A stretch of DNA of 64,000 nt from the NCBI GenBank assembly GCA_034086705.1, contig JAXDZV010000006.1, forward strand, positions 6,341 to 70,340, read 5' to 3'. The notes beneath the pieces were generated by a model. The model made no database searches and was not told the origin of the DNA. It was given only the letters and a program-made list of their open reading frames with translations. The position numbers and the translations under genes were made by a program. Every line of letters begins with the position of its first letter. Position 1 is the stretch's first letter. This DNA is from Eubacteriales bacterium (GTDB lineage: Bacteria; Bacillota; Clostridia; Oscillospirales; CAG-272). Of the stretch, positions 28,682 through 38,587 are shown in pieces.

Positions 28682-29191
28682 TTATTGAAACCGATGTGAA
28701 AAATTCTGTACGGTAGGTTTCCCCGCCGCCAGCAAAACTTCCCGGCCGCATTGCCGAGCATATCGCACCGTATACCCTGTCCCGCTTTGCATCCGGTTGC
28801 AAAAAGCGATACAAACCGCACTGCGATCTACCAGCGCTCGGTCACGTCGCAAGAATGTTTCACGTGAAACAGGCCGGTCTTCTTCCAAAATCTCCGTCTG
28901 ATCCGCCTGTGCCAATATCACAGCATAGCGTTTTTGCCAATCAACACTCCAACCCCTGCTTTGTGTCCGACACGGCAAAAGCAAATGCAGCCGAATTTGC
29001 GGACACTCCGCACGCAATGCAAGCACTGCTTCCGCCGCAATAATATCAAACCCCATCGCGGCACCGTTGTAAAAGGTTCGAAATCCCCGCGCATACAATG
29101 TCCGAATCTGCTCCGGAAGCCATACCGCAAGGAATCTTTGTTCCTGTGCAGTTACGGTTCTGTGTCCGGTAAAACAAACACAGTCCTGCAT
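28682..29191 (-). CDS. SLOG family protein (DUF1273/YpsA-like)
   Basis: N-terminal hallmark VCFTGHR, plus FYNGAAMGFDIIAAEAV. It contains the second parS in frame, encoding PVSRETF. Confidence 0.8.
   Translation of the reverse strand: MQDCVCFTGHRTVTAQEQRFLAVWLPEQIRTLYARGFRTFYNGAAMGFDIIAAEAVLALRAECPQIRLHLLLPCRTQSRGWSVDWQKRYAVILAQADQTEILEEDRPVSRETFLRRDRALVDRSAVCIAFCNRMQSGTGYTVRYARQCGREVLLAAGKPTVQNFSHRFQ
28856..28871. other. parS (ParB/Spo0J centromere-like site), perfect palindrome, intragenic
   Basis: TGTTTCACGTGAAACA again, identical to the copy at 28541. It lies inside the SLOG-family CDS. Confidence 0.8.
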
Positions 29192-29233
29192 GCCTCACTC
29201 CCCCTTCTTCTTTGCCGCTGCGGCAAACATCTT

Positions 29234-30397
29234 TCACTCTCGGTCTACATTCATCACCACATGAAAACGTGGATCCTTTGCTTGCAGCTGTTCTCGAATG
29301 CGGTTGAGTTTCTCCGTATATTCACACTCTTTTTGCCCAAACGGTACTACCACATCAAAAATGAGATTGATCCGCTCTGTACCGCCGGTCATACGAAAAT
29401 CATGGAAAGCATACCGATCATCCACATCGGCAATTACGCGGGCTGTTTCAGAGCGCAGCGCATCAAGGCGCGGATCCTCTGTATCTATCGGATCCATATG
29501 AATGACAAGAGTCACTCCAATGGTTTGCTGCGCCCGATGCTCCAGTGCATCAATTACCTCATGAATCCGAACAATATCGCAAGACGCGTTGACTTCCGCA
29601 TGTACCGTTGCAAAATTTCTGCCAGGCCCATAGTTATGTATGATTAAATCGTGTACTCCGAGAATCCCCTCGCCGGAAAGCACAAGGGCGCGCAAAGCTT
29701 GCACAAGCTTCTCATCGGGCGCACCGCCAATGAGCAAATCGATAGTGTCACGCGCTACAGAAACGCCCGCCTTCAAAATCAAAAGGGATAAAATCAACCC
29801 GGCGACAGCGTCAATAGGAAAAGAAACAAACTGTCCGAGAACCGTGGCAACAATAACAGCTCCCGTTGCCACCGCATCCCAGATGCTGTCTTGTGCGGCA
29901 GCAAACAAAAGCTGCGAAGAGATTCTCCGCCCCATGAGCCGATTATAAGAAAACATCCATAATTTTACCAAAACAGAACCGCACAGCAGCACCACCGTCA
30001 ACAAATGAAACTGTACGGGAGTGGGATGTATCAGCTTTTCCACAGAGCTTTTACCAAGCTCAAGGCCAACCACTAAAATAAGTCCTGCCACACTCAAAGC
30101 TGCGATATATTCAATTCTGCCATGTCCGAGCGGGTGTTTTTCGTCCGGCTCTTCGCACGCCAACCGCGCGCCAATCACACTCACCAAAGACGAGCCCAGA
30201 TCAGAAAGATTATTAAACGCATCGGAAATCACAGCAATTGAACCGGTTAAAAGCCCGGCCGCCAACTTGGCCGCAAACAAAACTAAATTGCAAAGAATCC
30301 CTAAAAATCCCGCCAAGGTTTCATAAGCGGAACGGACATGCGGATCCTGCGTATTCTCATATTGCTTGACAAAGCGTCGAATCAGTGCCTGCGTCAT
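29234..30397 (-). CDS. cation diffusion facilitator family transporter
   Basis: TM domain with ISDAFNNLSD and HAEVN, plus a C-terminal cytoplasmic domain, as is typical of CDF/CzcD-like proteins. Confidence 0.9.
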   Translation of the reverse strand: MTQALIRRFVKQYENTQDPHVRSAYETLAGFLGILCNLVLFAAKLAAGLLTGSIAVISDAFNNLSDLGSSLVSVIGARLACEEPDEKHPLGHGRIEYIAALSVAGLILVVGLELGKSSVEKLIHPTPVQFHLLTVVLLCGSVLVKLWMFSYNRLMGRRISSQLLFAAAQDSIWDAVATGAVIVATVLGQFVSFPIDAVAGLILSLLILKAGVSVARDTIDLLIGGAPDEKLVQALRALVLSGEGILGVHDLIIHNYGPGRNFATVHAEVNASCDIVRIHEVIDALEHRAQQTIGVTLVIHMDPIDTEDPRLDALRSETARVIADVDDRYAFHDFRMTGGTERINLIFDVVVPFGQKECEYTEKLNRIREQLQAKDPRFHVVMNVDRE

Positions 30398-30412
30398 GCT
30401 ACGCCTTCTTTC

Positions 30413-31402
30413 TTATCTCTTCTCCGGTGGGTTCTGCGGTGTATGCTGCAACCGCAAAAACCGTACATCTTTTCCGGAAAACAAAAGAGGCCGAGAAGCC
30501 CCAAATAAACGGGAAACGATACGGTCTTGGTACTTTTTTTGTAAATCGTCATCAAACAAATTGGTATTGATAATCCACGGCAAGCTGCGATTCATACGAA
30601 TATTGAGCAAATCATACAAACAGCTTACGGAATATTGCGTAGTTGCTTCCGTGCCTAAATCGTCCAATATCAAAAGGTCACACGTAGCATACCGCTGCGT
30701 CGGCGTAGCAGAAGCATCGTGTGCAAAACGAGCGTTTTCATAAACAGAAAACAGTTCCGTTGCCGTCACGTAACATACATCGTAGCCCTGTTCAATCACC
30801 TGCCGCGCAATGGAAGTAGATAAATGCGTCTTGCCAAGCCCCGTCGGCCCATACAATAACAGGCTTCCACTCTGCTTTGGGGAAAACGAGGCAGCATACG
30901 CGCGACAAATTGCAAGGTTTTGCTCCATGCGCAACCGGTTTTCTCCCTGATAATAGGAAAGGTCAAATGTTTCAAAGCTTTGCGTCTGCAGCAGCGTTCC
31001 CAAGCCTGAATGCTCAAAACCCTCCAAAATCAGTGCTTTTTTTAAACATATACAACGCTTCCCGTCCACATACCCCGTATCCTCACAAAGCGAACACCTA
31101 TAGTGCGGCTTGAGATAATCCGGGCTCTTGCCCAATGCACGCAGCATCTCCGCACGGTCCTGCAGGAGAGACTCGTTGGTGCTGCGCACCTTTGCAATAC
31201 GCTGAGAAAGCCCCTCGCGCCCCCCGCATGCCGCTTGAAACAGCTCCAACCCAAGATTCTGCAGCGCACGATCTATCTGCTGCATTTCCGGGCAGATCTG
31301 ATATATCTCTTTTTTTCGCTGTTCTGCTTCCCGCTGCGCGGCGGCTCGATATAGAGCCAGCCGTTCCTGGATACGGCGCAGATTTTCCGCTTCCTGATTC
31401 AT
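30413..31402 (-). CDS. DnaI/DnaC-like helicase loader ATPase
   Basis: Zn-binding CSLCEDTGY...CIC, Walker A GPTGLGKTHL, Walker B LLILDDLG. It is paired with an upstream DnaD-domain gene. Confidence 0.8.
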   Translation of the reverse strand: MNQEAENLRRIQERLALYRAAAQREAEQRKKEIYQICPEMQQIDRALQNLGLELFQAACGGREGLSQRIAKVRSTNESLLQDRAEMLRALGKSPDYLKPHYRCSLCEDTGYVDGKRCICLKKALILEGFEHSGLGTLLQTQSFETFDLSYYQGENRLRMEQNLAICRAYAASFSPKQSGSLLLYGPTGLGKTHLSTSIARQVIEQGYDVCYVTATELFSVYENARFAHDASATPTQRYATCDLLILDDLGTEATTQYSVSCLYDLLNIRMNRSLPWIINTNLFDDDLQKKYQDRIVSRLFGASRPLLFSGKDVRFLRLQHTPQNPPEKR

Positions 31403-31423
31403 ACCGTTCTCCTCATTTCACCC

Positions 31424-32491
31424 TCAGGGGATGTCTTCTTTACCTACCTCTGCCGCCTGCACGGCACTTTGCGCCTCAGGCTGCCCGGTGCCGTAAGAAC
31501 GTGCCAGCGCCGCGTCCAAAAATGCCGAAGCGGCAAAACTGTGCTTTCGTGCCTCCGCTTCGGCTTTGCCACTGCGGAAGGCCTCGTTCTGTGCACGTGC
31601 CTCTTCTTCTGTCGTGATGCCGGCATCGTATGCCTTTTTCAAAATCTTGTGCATATAAGCAAGAGTTGGGCGCGTCGTATGCTCTACGGTCTGTTCAAAG
31701 GCATATGTAAGCAACGCATCAGAGATGTTCCATTGCGTCCAATCATCGAGATACTTTCTCTCTTTGGTGCTCAGCGCGCGCGTACCGAGCCCGAAGAGAC
31801 GCCGTACTTTATTTTCCAAAATCTCTACACGATCTAAATACGCAAACCTTTCTTCCAATGCGCCCACGGTTCGAATACCATCATCATATAATCCGGCAGC
31901 CGTTGCCTCGATATACCGCATGCTTGTTTTTTCTTTCTTTACAAGATATGCCAAAAGGGTCAAAATATAATGAGCGTCAAACCCGAAATAGTCATACAGA
32001 GCAACCAAAGAAGCCGTTTCATATTCGGAAAACACTTTGCCAAGCAGCTTTTGCGCCATATCTAACAAAGGCGGCAGTTCTCCGTTTTGCTGTAGCAGAC
32101 GTGCCACCTCTTCGTTACGATAGGCGGGCAATCGGCTCTTTTTTGGACGCGCCGTCCCCGCGGCCACTGTAGATGCCGCCGCGGCTAAAGAATCTCCATG
32201 GGGGAGAACAGAGAGCCGCGGTGTCGGTTCCTTAGCATTTTCATATACAGCAGGCACTAAAATTCCTGCCTCCGCCAGTTGCTGTATTGCCGTTTCCGCC
32301 TGCAATTCGGTCAACGCGCAAACCGAGGCAAGCGCGCTGTATTTTGTTTCTGTCTGCAGACACAACTCAGGCTGCGCTGCAAGCGCAAACAATACTTTCA
32401 TACAATCGCCGGATAACTGCGGCAAGTTGCGAAGTACGGCATCCCGCGGCAAATTGACCACGCCGTACCCGTAAGAAAATACGAAATTCAT
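31424..32491 (-). CDS. DnaD-domain replication initiation protein (DnaB/DnaD-like)
   Basis: Trimmed to ATG 32491 (AAGGAGA RBS). The C-terminal DnaD domain reads KYLDDWTQWNISDALLTYAFEQTVEHT...AYMHKILKKAYDAGITT. Confidence 0.75.
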   Translation of the reverse strand: MNFVFSYGYGVVNLPRDAVLRNLPQLSGDCMKVLFALAAQPELCLQTETKYSALASVCALTELQAETAIQQLAEAGILVPAVYENAKEPTPRLSVLPHGDSLAAAASTVAAGTARPKKSRLPAYRNEEVARLLQQNGELPPLLDMAQKLLGKVFSEYETASLVALYDYFGFDAHYILTLLAYLVKKEKTSMRYIEATAAGLYDDGIRTVGALEERFAYLDRVEILENKVRRLFGLGTRALSTKERKYLDDWTQWNISDALLTYAFEQTVEHTTRPTLAYMHKILKKAYDAGITTEEEARAQNEAFRSGKAEAEARKHSFAASAFLDAALARSYGTGQPEAQSAVQAAEVGKEDIP

Positions 32492-32672
32492 GCCCTCATC
32501 TCCTTGCCCCAGCATGTGCATTTGCTCGCATATCAGCCTTGTCAACACATCTGTGTGTCTTGTGTCCGATAGCAAAAAGGGCAAGCTTGCCCGCCTGTAT
32601 GTTTGCCACCGCACTTGTATCTCGTGCCCGATTGCACATGCGCCTGTGCATCTGTATACTAACGTTTTTGTT

Positions 32673-33368
32673 TTATCGCGTACCGCGAATGCGATACATC
32701 AAGCGCATCAGGGAATCGCTCATGTGCACATTTTCCACGGGTACACCAATTTTTTCCAAATCCATTTCTGCATTGGAGAAATTCCAGATGCCTCGCACAC
32801 CACAACGTGCCATTGTCTGTGCCGTTTCCGGCGCCGCTGCCTTCGGCACGGCCAACACGGCAATATCAACTGCAACGTTGGACAAAAAGGTTTCAATACC
32901 GGCAATATCCATGACCGTATATCCCCGCACAATCGAGCCGATCACCGTCGGATCTTTGTCAAACACACCGACTACCGTTACATTCCTTTTGGAAAACATC
33001 GGTGAGCCAATCAGGGCTCTACCGAGATTTCCAACACCCAAGATAACCGCAGTATAATGATCACTAACCCCAAGTATCTCGGAAATTTGCGAATACAAAT
33101 ATCGCAGATTATACCCGTATCCCTGCTGCCCAAACCCGCCGAAGCAATTAAAATCCTGCCGAATTTGCGAAGAAGTTACCCCCATAAGCGCAGATAGCTC
33201 ACCGGAGGAAATGCGCAGAACACCTTTTTGTAAAAGCTCACCGAGATACCGATAATACCTTGGCATACGGCGGATTACCGCCTCTGATACCTGCGGTCTT
33301 TTTTCTTGATTTTGTTGCTTTCTTCCGTCTGTATCTTCCGGCTGCACCGGCTTTTTCCTTTTGTCCAT
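32673..33368 (-). CDS. rex: redox-sensing transcriptional repressor Rex
   Basis: RRMPRYYRYLGEL, SSGELSALMGVTSSQIRQDFNCFGGFGQQGYGY and the Rossmann motif ILGVGNLGRAL. It has a K/Q-rich N-terminal extension. Confidence 0.9.
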   Translation of the reverse strand: MDKRKKPVQPEDTDGRKQQNQEKRPQVSEAVIRRMPRYYRYLGELLQKGVLRISSGELSALMGVTSSQIRQDFNCFGGFGQQGYGYNLRYLYSQISEILGVSDHYTAVILGVGNLGRALIGSPMFSKRNVTVVGVFDKDPTVIGSIVRGYTVMDIAGIETFLSNVAVDIAVLAVPKAAAPETAQTMARCGVRGIWNFSNAEMDLEKIGVPVENVHMSDSLMRLMYRIRGTR

Positions 33369-33456
33369 TGCGCTGTTCTTCCTTTGCCGTTGTTTTTTAT
33401 AACGATTTCTCTTTTTGCGGCCTGCCTTGCCGCTTTTGCGTGGAACAGCCTTCTTT

Positions 33457-34629
33457 TTATACCTGCTCCAGCGTCTCCATCACATATTCCGTAAAAGCAT
33501 CGCAGCTTGCGCCCGTGTCTCTGCCGGTCATGACAAGCCGGCGCTCTGTAAACATGCAGCGATCCAACGCACGTTCCAGCCGGTCCGCCTGCGTCTGATA
33601 TCCGATATGTGACAGCATCATCACAGTGGCACGAAGCATTGAGCAGGGATCGGCATACATGGCGCGCCCCTCGCTCACCATACGCGGCGCTGAACCGTGA
33701 ATTGCCTCAAACATTGCATAACGCTTTCCGAGATTGGCGCTTCCGGCCGTACCAACGCCGCCCTGGAATTCAGCCGCTTCATCGGTGATGATATCGCCAT
33801 AAAGATTCGGTAAAACAAACACTTTAAAATCCGTTCTGCGTTTTGGATCCACCAGTTTTGCGGTCATTATATCGATAAACCATTCCGTTGTACGGATTTC
33901 GGGATACTCTTTTGCAATTTCCTCACACAAATTCAAAAATTTTCCGTCTGTTGTTTTGATAATATTTGCTTTTGTCACAATCGAGACGTGATCTTTATGA
34001 TTTTTGCGCGCATATTCGTATGCAAGGCGCGCAATTCGCCTGGTTCCCTCTGTCGTTGTCACACAAAAGTCGACACCGAGCTGCGGCGTCACATGGATCC
34101 CCTGGCTACCAACCGCATAAGAGCCCTCCGTATTTTCCCGGAAGAAAGTCCAGTCAATCCCTTGATCCGGTACCTTGACCGGTCGCACATTGGCAAACAA
34201 ATCCAGCGCCTTGCGCATAGCAACATTCGCGCTTTCGATATTCGGCCACGGATCTCCTGCGCGTGGGGTAGTTGTCGGCCCTTTGAGAATCACATGACAC
34301 GCTTTTAATTGCGCCATAACATCATCCGGAATCGCCTGCATGTGCGCGACTCGATTTTCAATGGTCAGCCCGCCAATATCCACAATTTTAATTTTCCCGG
34401 CAGCGATTTCGTTGGAAAGCATATGCTCCAGCACACGTCTTGCGCTCGCCGTAATCATAGGTCCGATTCCGTCGCCGCCGCAAACACCGATTACACAGCA
34501 GGGCAGCGAAGCATAGTCAATAAAATCGCCCGCCTTTTCAATTTCCTCATTGCGCGCAAGCTGGCCGCGCAGCACTTGTTTAAAATGTTCTGCTGCCGCT
34601 TCGATTTCTTTTTCATAGTTTTTCTGCAT
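33457..34629 (-). CDS. isocitrate/isopropylmalate dehydrogenase family protein
   Basis: Track ORF (to 34908) trimmed to ATG 34629, which has GGAGG upstream. Motifs GGDGIGP, FRENTEGSY, NLYGDIITD and GSAPR. Substrate is not assignable by eye. Confidence 0.85.
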   Translation of the reverse strand: MQKNYEKEIEAAAEHFKQVLRGQLARNEEIEKAGDFIDYASLPCCVIGVCGGDGIGPMITASARRVLEHMLSNEIAAGKIKIVDIGGLTIENRVAHMQAIPDDVMAQLKACHVILKGPTTTPRAGDPWPNIESANVAMRKALDLFANVRPVKVPDQGIDWTFFRENTEGSYAVGSQGIHVTPQLGVDFCVTTTEGTRRIARLAYEYARKNHKDHVSIVTKANIIKTTDGKFLNLCEEIAKEYPEIRTTEWFIDIMTAKLVDPKRRTDFKVFVLPNLYGDIITDEAAEFQGGVGTAGSANLGKRYAMFEAIHGSAPRMVSEGRAMYADPCSMLRATVMMLSHIGYQTQADRLERALDRCMFTERRLVMTGRDTGASCDAFTEYVMETLEQV

Positions 34630-34814
34630 TGCTTTGTACCTCCAAACGATAAACGATATATAAATGTGCCGACCGTCGACGTTTCGGAGAAAGCAACGGA
34701 TCGGTTTTGCCAAAATCAGGATACCTGCAGACGGTTCAAAAAATCTTATAATCTTTTTAAAAATTAGATTGCTGTTGAAATTTTGCAAAGCCGGCAACGC
34801 AGGAAAAAAGCGAG

Positions 34815-34931
34815 TAATCCACAGTATCCACACGGTTTTCCACAGATTTTCGGTAAGTTTTCCTTGTTCTATCAAGATTTTCTCGATTGACGGCGCGGTT
34901 TTCCACAAAGTTTCTCACACATTGTGGAAAA
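34815..34931. promoter_or_regulatory. DnaA-box cluster (five boxes within 1 mismatch of TTATCCACA)
   Basis: TAATCCACA 34815..34823, GTATCCACA 34824..34832, TTTTCCACA 34836..34844 and TTTTCCACA 34899..34907, plus inverted TGTGGAAAA 34923..34931. An AT-rich tract lies at about 34735..34790. Confidence 0.7.
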
Positions 34932-34975
34932 CCACTTTTTGAAAATTTTGCACACAAAGGAAATTTTATATTACC

Positions 34976-35013
34976 AAAAAAAGGGTGGTGTCTGTGCGGT
35001 GCTACCCTTTTTT
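34976..35013 (-). terminator. terminator downstream of tsaD (bidirectional shape)
   Basis: AGGGTGG / CTACCCT stem flanked by A7 and T7 runs. It abuts the tsaD stop codon. Confidence 0.65.
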
Positions 35014-36033
35014 TCAATCGGCTGCACTGGCATTGAGATCGGTTGCGGCACGAACGCCGGCTAAAAATTCATAGATACCCTGTGCGCCAACCATCGCAGC
35101 ATTGTCGGTACACAACGCTTTTTCGGGTACACAAAAGCGAACCCCCATGGAGTTGCAAAGGGAACCGAGCGCAGCGCGCAATTGCGTATTTGCAGCTACG
35201 CCTCCGGCAAGCACCATTGTATCCAGTGCATACCGCTGCAGTGCTGTTTGCGTTTTTTTACATACGCTTTCGCAAACCACCCTGCTTACCGAAGCGGCAA
35301 TATCTGCGCGCTCGTACGATGCATCGCGCTGCTCGAGGCGATGTAACGTATTGATCACAGCTGTTTTTAATCCGGAAAAGGAAAAATCCAAAGAATCATC
35401 GCGAATAGCCGCACTGGGAAATGCATAGGCTTGCGGGTCGCCTTGTGCGGCAAGACGATCCATTTCCGCTCCACCCGGATAAGGAATTCCCATCACACGT
35501 GCAACTTTATCGTATGCTTCGCCAATTGCATCGTCGCGCGTGCGGCCGATGGTTTCATAGTCGGTATATCCACGCACAAGCAGCAGCGAAGTATGGCCCC
35601 CCGAAGCTACCAATGCTAAAAAAGGGGGAACCGGCGGCTGCGGCAAAAAATAGGATGCCGCCACATGCGCCCGGATGTGATGTACCGGGCATAGAGGCAA
35701 ATTGTTTGCAAAAGCATATCCTTTTGCAAAATTCACACCGACCAACAGAGAGCCGATCAAGCCCGGCTGCGCCGTCACACACACACCGTCAAGTTTGGGA
35801 GCCTGTGCCAGCGCAATCGCTTGTGTGACAAGGGAGCTGATCGCCTCCGCATGTGCTCGCGAAGCAATTTCCGGTACCACGCCGCCAAAGCGGGCGTGCA
35901 ACTCAATTTGGGAATTTACCTGAGAAGAAAGAATTTGCAGCGTACCGTCTGTCATGCGCCGCACCACTGCGGCTGCCGTTTCATCACAAGATGATTCCAC
36001 TGCCAGCAGCGTCAGCATATTCGTATCCGACAT
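35014..36033 (-). CDS. tsaD: tRNA N6-adenosine threonylcarbamoyltransferase
   Basis: Trimmed from the track ORF. The N-terminus LLAVESSCDETAAAV, plus GGVVPEIASRAH and GGVAAN. ATG 36018 is an alternative start. Confidence 0.9.
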   Translation of the reverse strand: MSDTNMLTLLAVESSCDETAAAVVRRMTDGTLQILSSQVNSQIELHARFGGVVPEIASRAHAEAISSLVTQAIALAQAPKLDGVCVTAQPGLIGSLLVGVNFAKGYAFANNLPLCPVHHIRAHVAASYFLPQPPVPPFLALVASGGHTSLLLVRGYTDYETIGRTRDDAIGEAYDKVARVMGIPYPGGAEMDRLAAQGDPQAYAFPSAAIRDDSLDFSFSGLKTAVINTLHRLEQRDASYERADIAASVSRVVCESVCKKTQTALQRYALDTMVLAGGVAANTQLRAALGSLCNSMGVRFCVPEKALCTDNAAMVGAQGIYEFLAGVRAATDLNASAAD

Positions 36034-36034
36034 C

Positions 36035-38566
36035 TCAGAGCATTTCCTCATCTTCATCAGCCGTCTGCACAGCTTCCTGCGGCAGCGGTTCATCCGCATC
36101 CAAACCCGTTGCATCCGTCGTATTGTCTTGCGTCTCTTCGTGCGGCACAACTGCAACAAACACAATGCTTTGGCCTGCTCGAAGCCGCATCGCAATAACG
36201 CCCTGACTCACCCGTCCGCACAAGCGCAACCCGGACGCCGGTGTACGTACAATCTGTCCTTCATTGGTAATCATCATCAAATCATCGTTATCACCTGCCG
36301 CTGCAATACCGGCAAGCATACCTGTTTTCTCCGTCAGATGATGTACTGCAAATCCCTTGCCGCCACGGCCATGCGCAGTAAACGCAGCAAAATCGGTACG
36401 CTTCCCGTATCCGTTCTGCGTCACACTGACAAGCTGTTTTGTTTTTTCCACTACGCACACGCCGCAAATACGGTCTTCCCCTTGCAACCGCATCGCACGT
36501 ACACCGCGCGCCGTACGGCCCATAACACGCGCCTGCCGCTCCGAAAAACGGATACACCGACCCTCTTCGGTTGCAAGCAGCAACTCGTCTGTACCTCCTG
36601 TTTTGCGAACGTATGTTAACTCGTCATTTTCATCCAGCGTAATAGCAATTTTGCCGCCACGGCGCTGATACGCAAATTCTGAAATTTTCGTCCTCTTACA
36701 GATTCCCCGCGCTGTCACCATCATTAAATACTGATCCTGTGCAAAATTCTCCAACGCCACAACAGCACTCACACGTTCTTGTTGTGCAAGCTCCAAAATA
36801 TTAACAAGATTTGTTCCGCGTGCCGTGCGTCCGGCCTGCGGCAGCATATAGGCTTTTTTGACATAAACTTTTCCGAAATTTGTAAAAAAGAGCAAAAAGG
36901 AATGGCTATCCACTACATAGACGCTTTCCACATAGTCTTCTTCTTTTGTGCCCATGCCGATCACACCCATGCCGCCGCGTCTTTGTGCTGCATACGTATC
37001 TGCAGGTTGCCGCTTGATATAACCGGCGTGTGTCATTGTTACAACACAGGTATGGCGTTCGATCAAATCTTCTGCCAAAATCTCATGCTCTGCCTCACAA
37101 ATGATGGTTCTGCGCGCATCGCCGAATCGTTTTTTGATGGCGAGCATTTCTTCACGAATGATATCTTTGATGCGGCCTTCATCTGCCAAAATCGCGCGCA
37201 ACTCCTCGATGAGGTGCTGCTTTTCAGCAAGCTCCTCCTCAATTTTAATGCGTTCCAACCCCGCAAGCTTACCCAAGGTCATGTCTACAATTGCCTGCGC
37301 CTGAACCTCGGTTAAACCGAATCTTTCAATCAGTGCATCTCGCGCCTGTGTAACGGATTCACTGGCACGAATGAGTGCAATGACTTCATCAATGAAATCA
37401 ATTGCGATTTTCTGTCCTTCTAAAATATGTGCACGCTGCAAAGCTCGGTCCAAATCATACCGGACTCTGCGCACAATGACATCCTCCTGATGCTTTACAT
37501 AACAACGCAGAATGTCAATAAGACCAAGCACCTTAGGCTGGTTATCTACCAGAGCAATCATATTCACAGCGCAAGTATCCTGTAGCTGCGTATATTTATA
37601 TAGCTGGTTCAGAATGACCTGACCGTTGGCGTCGCGGCGATATTCCACTACAACGCGCATACCGGCGCGACCGCTTTCGTCCCGAATGGCGGTGATTCCT
37701 TCCACGCGTTTTTCATTGACTAACATAGCCATAGATTTAACCAGCTGGCTTTTGTTCACCATATACGGTATTTCCGTGATGACAATGCGGTGTTTTTCTT
37801 CTTCCACAGTTGCTTTGGCCCGCACGGTGATATGGCCTTTACCAGTTGCATACGCCTGATAGATGCCGGCGGTACCGTAAATGGTTCCATAAGTAGGAAA
37901 GTCCGGTCCTTTGATATATTGCATCAGCTCCGGAACACTGGCATCCGGATGTTCCATGAAATAAATTGTACCGTCAATAACCTCAGAAAGATTGTGCGGC
38001 GGAATATTTGTTGCCATCCCGACAGCAATTCCGACCGATCCGTTGACAAGCAGATTCGGAAAACGTGCAGGCAGCACGACAGGCTCTTCAAGCTTATTAT
38101 CAAAATTCGGAACAAAATCTACCACGCGCTTATCAATATCAACAAGCATTTCATTGGCTATACGCGCCATACGTGCTTCGGTATATCGATACGCAGCCGC
38201 GCCGTCTCCATCCACGTTACCGAAGTTTCCGTGTCCGTCAATCAGCGGATAGCGCATGGAAAAATCCTGCGCCAGTCGCACCATCGCGTCGTATACGGCA
38301 CTGTCGCCGTGTGGATGATACCGACCCAACACATTGCCCACCGTTGTAGCGCTTTTACGGAACGGCCGATCATAAGTTAGCTTATCATCATACATCGCAA
38401 ACAAAATTCTGCGATGCACCGGTTTGAGCCCGTCTCGTACATCCGGCAATGCGCGGGCAACAATTACGCTCATAGCATATTCAATAAAAGATTTTTGTAC
38501 ATTTTTTTCAATTTGTACCGGTACAATTTTTTGATCTGCAAAAGTGATATCCTGTTTATTTTCCAT
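36035..38566 (-). CDS. gyrA: DNA gyrase subunit A
   Basis: [27 protein letters not shown] and [20 protein letters not shown], with a beta-pinwheel C-terminal domain. Confidence 0.97.
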   Translation of the reverse strand: MENKQDITFADQKIVPVQIEKNVQKSFIEYAMSVIVARALPDVRDGLKPVHRRILFAMYDDKLTYDRPFRKSATTVGNVLGRYHPHGDSAVYDAMVRLAQDFSMRYPLIDGHGNFGNVDGDGAAAYRYTEARMARIANEMLVDIDKRVVDFVPNFDNKLEEPVVLPARFPNLLVNGSVGIAVGMATNIPPHNLSEVIDGTIYFMEHPDASVPELMQYIKGPDFPTYGTIYGTAGIYQAYATGKGHITVRAKATVEEEKHRIVITEIPYMVNKSQLVKSMAMLVNEKRVEGITAIRDESGRAGMRVVVEYRRDANGQVILNQLYKYTQLQDTCAVNMIALVDNQPKVLGLIDILRCYVKHQEDVIVRRVRYDLDRALQRAHILEGQKIAIDFIDEVIALIRASESVTQARDALIERFGLTEVQAQAIVDMTLGKLAGLERIKIEEELAEKQHLIEELRAILADEGRIKDIIREEMLAIKKRFGDARRTIICEAEHEILAEDLIERHTCVVTMTHAGYIKRQPADTYAAQRRGGMGVIGMGTKEEDYVESVYVVDSHSFLLFFTNFGKVYVKKAYMLPQAGRTARGTNLVNILELAQQERVSAVVALENFAQDQYLMMVTARGICKRTKISEFAYQRRGGKIAITLDENDELTYVRKTGGTDELLLATEEGRCIRFSERQARVMGRTARGVRAMRLQGEDRICGVCVVEKTKQLVSVTQNGYGKRTDFAAFTAHGRGGKGFAVHHLTEKTGMLAGIAAAGDNDDLMMITNEGQIVRTPASGLRLCGRVSQGVIAMRLRAGQSIVFVAVVPHEETQDNTTDATGLDADEPLPQEAVQTADEDEEML

Positions 38567-38587
38567 GGTGGAAGCTGTTTCCTTTCC

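Noticed and set aside
28855-29043. A 62-aa + ORF starting MFHVKQ.
   Set aside because: The start codon and first codons are simply the parS palindrome read on the other strand, and the ORF is antisense to the SLOG-family gene.
34630-34908. A 93-aa N-terminal extension of the dehydrogenase ORF (track 33457..34908).
   Set aside because: The extension reads through the DnaA-box/AT-rich intergenic region (WKT/ENLWKT come from TTTTCCACA boxes). A GGAGG RBS and the family N-terminus support ATG 34629. Similar spurious extensions were trimmed for rnc (to 56795), tsaD (to 36195), efp, the DnaD-like gene, dprA and others.
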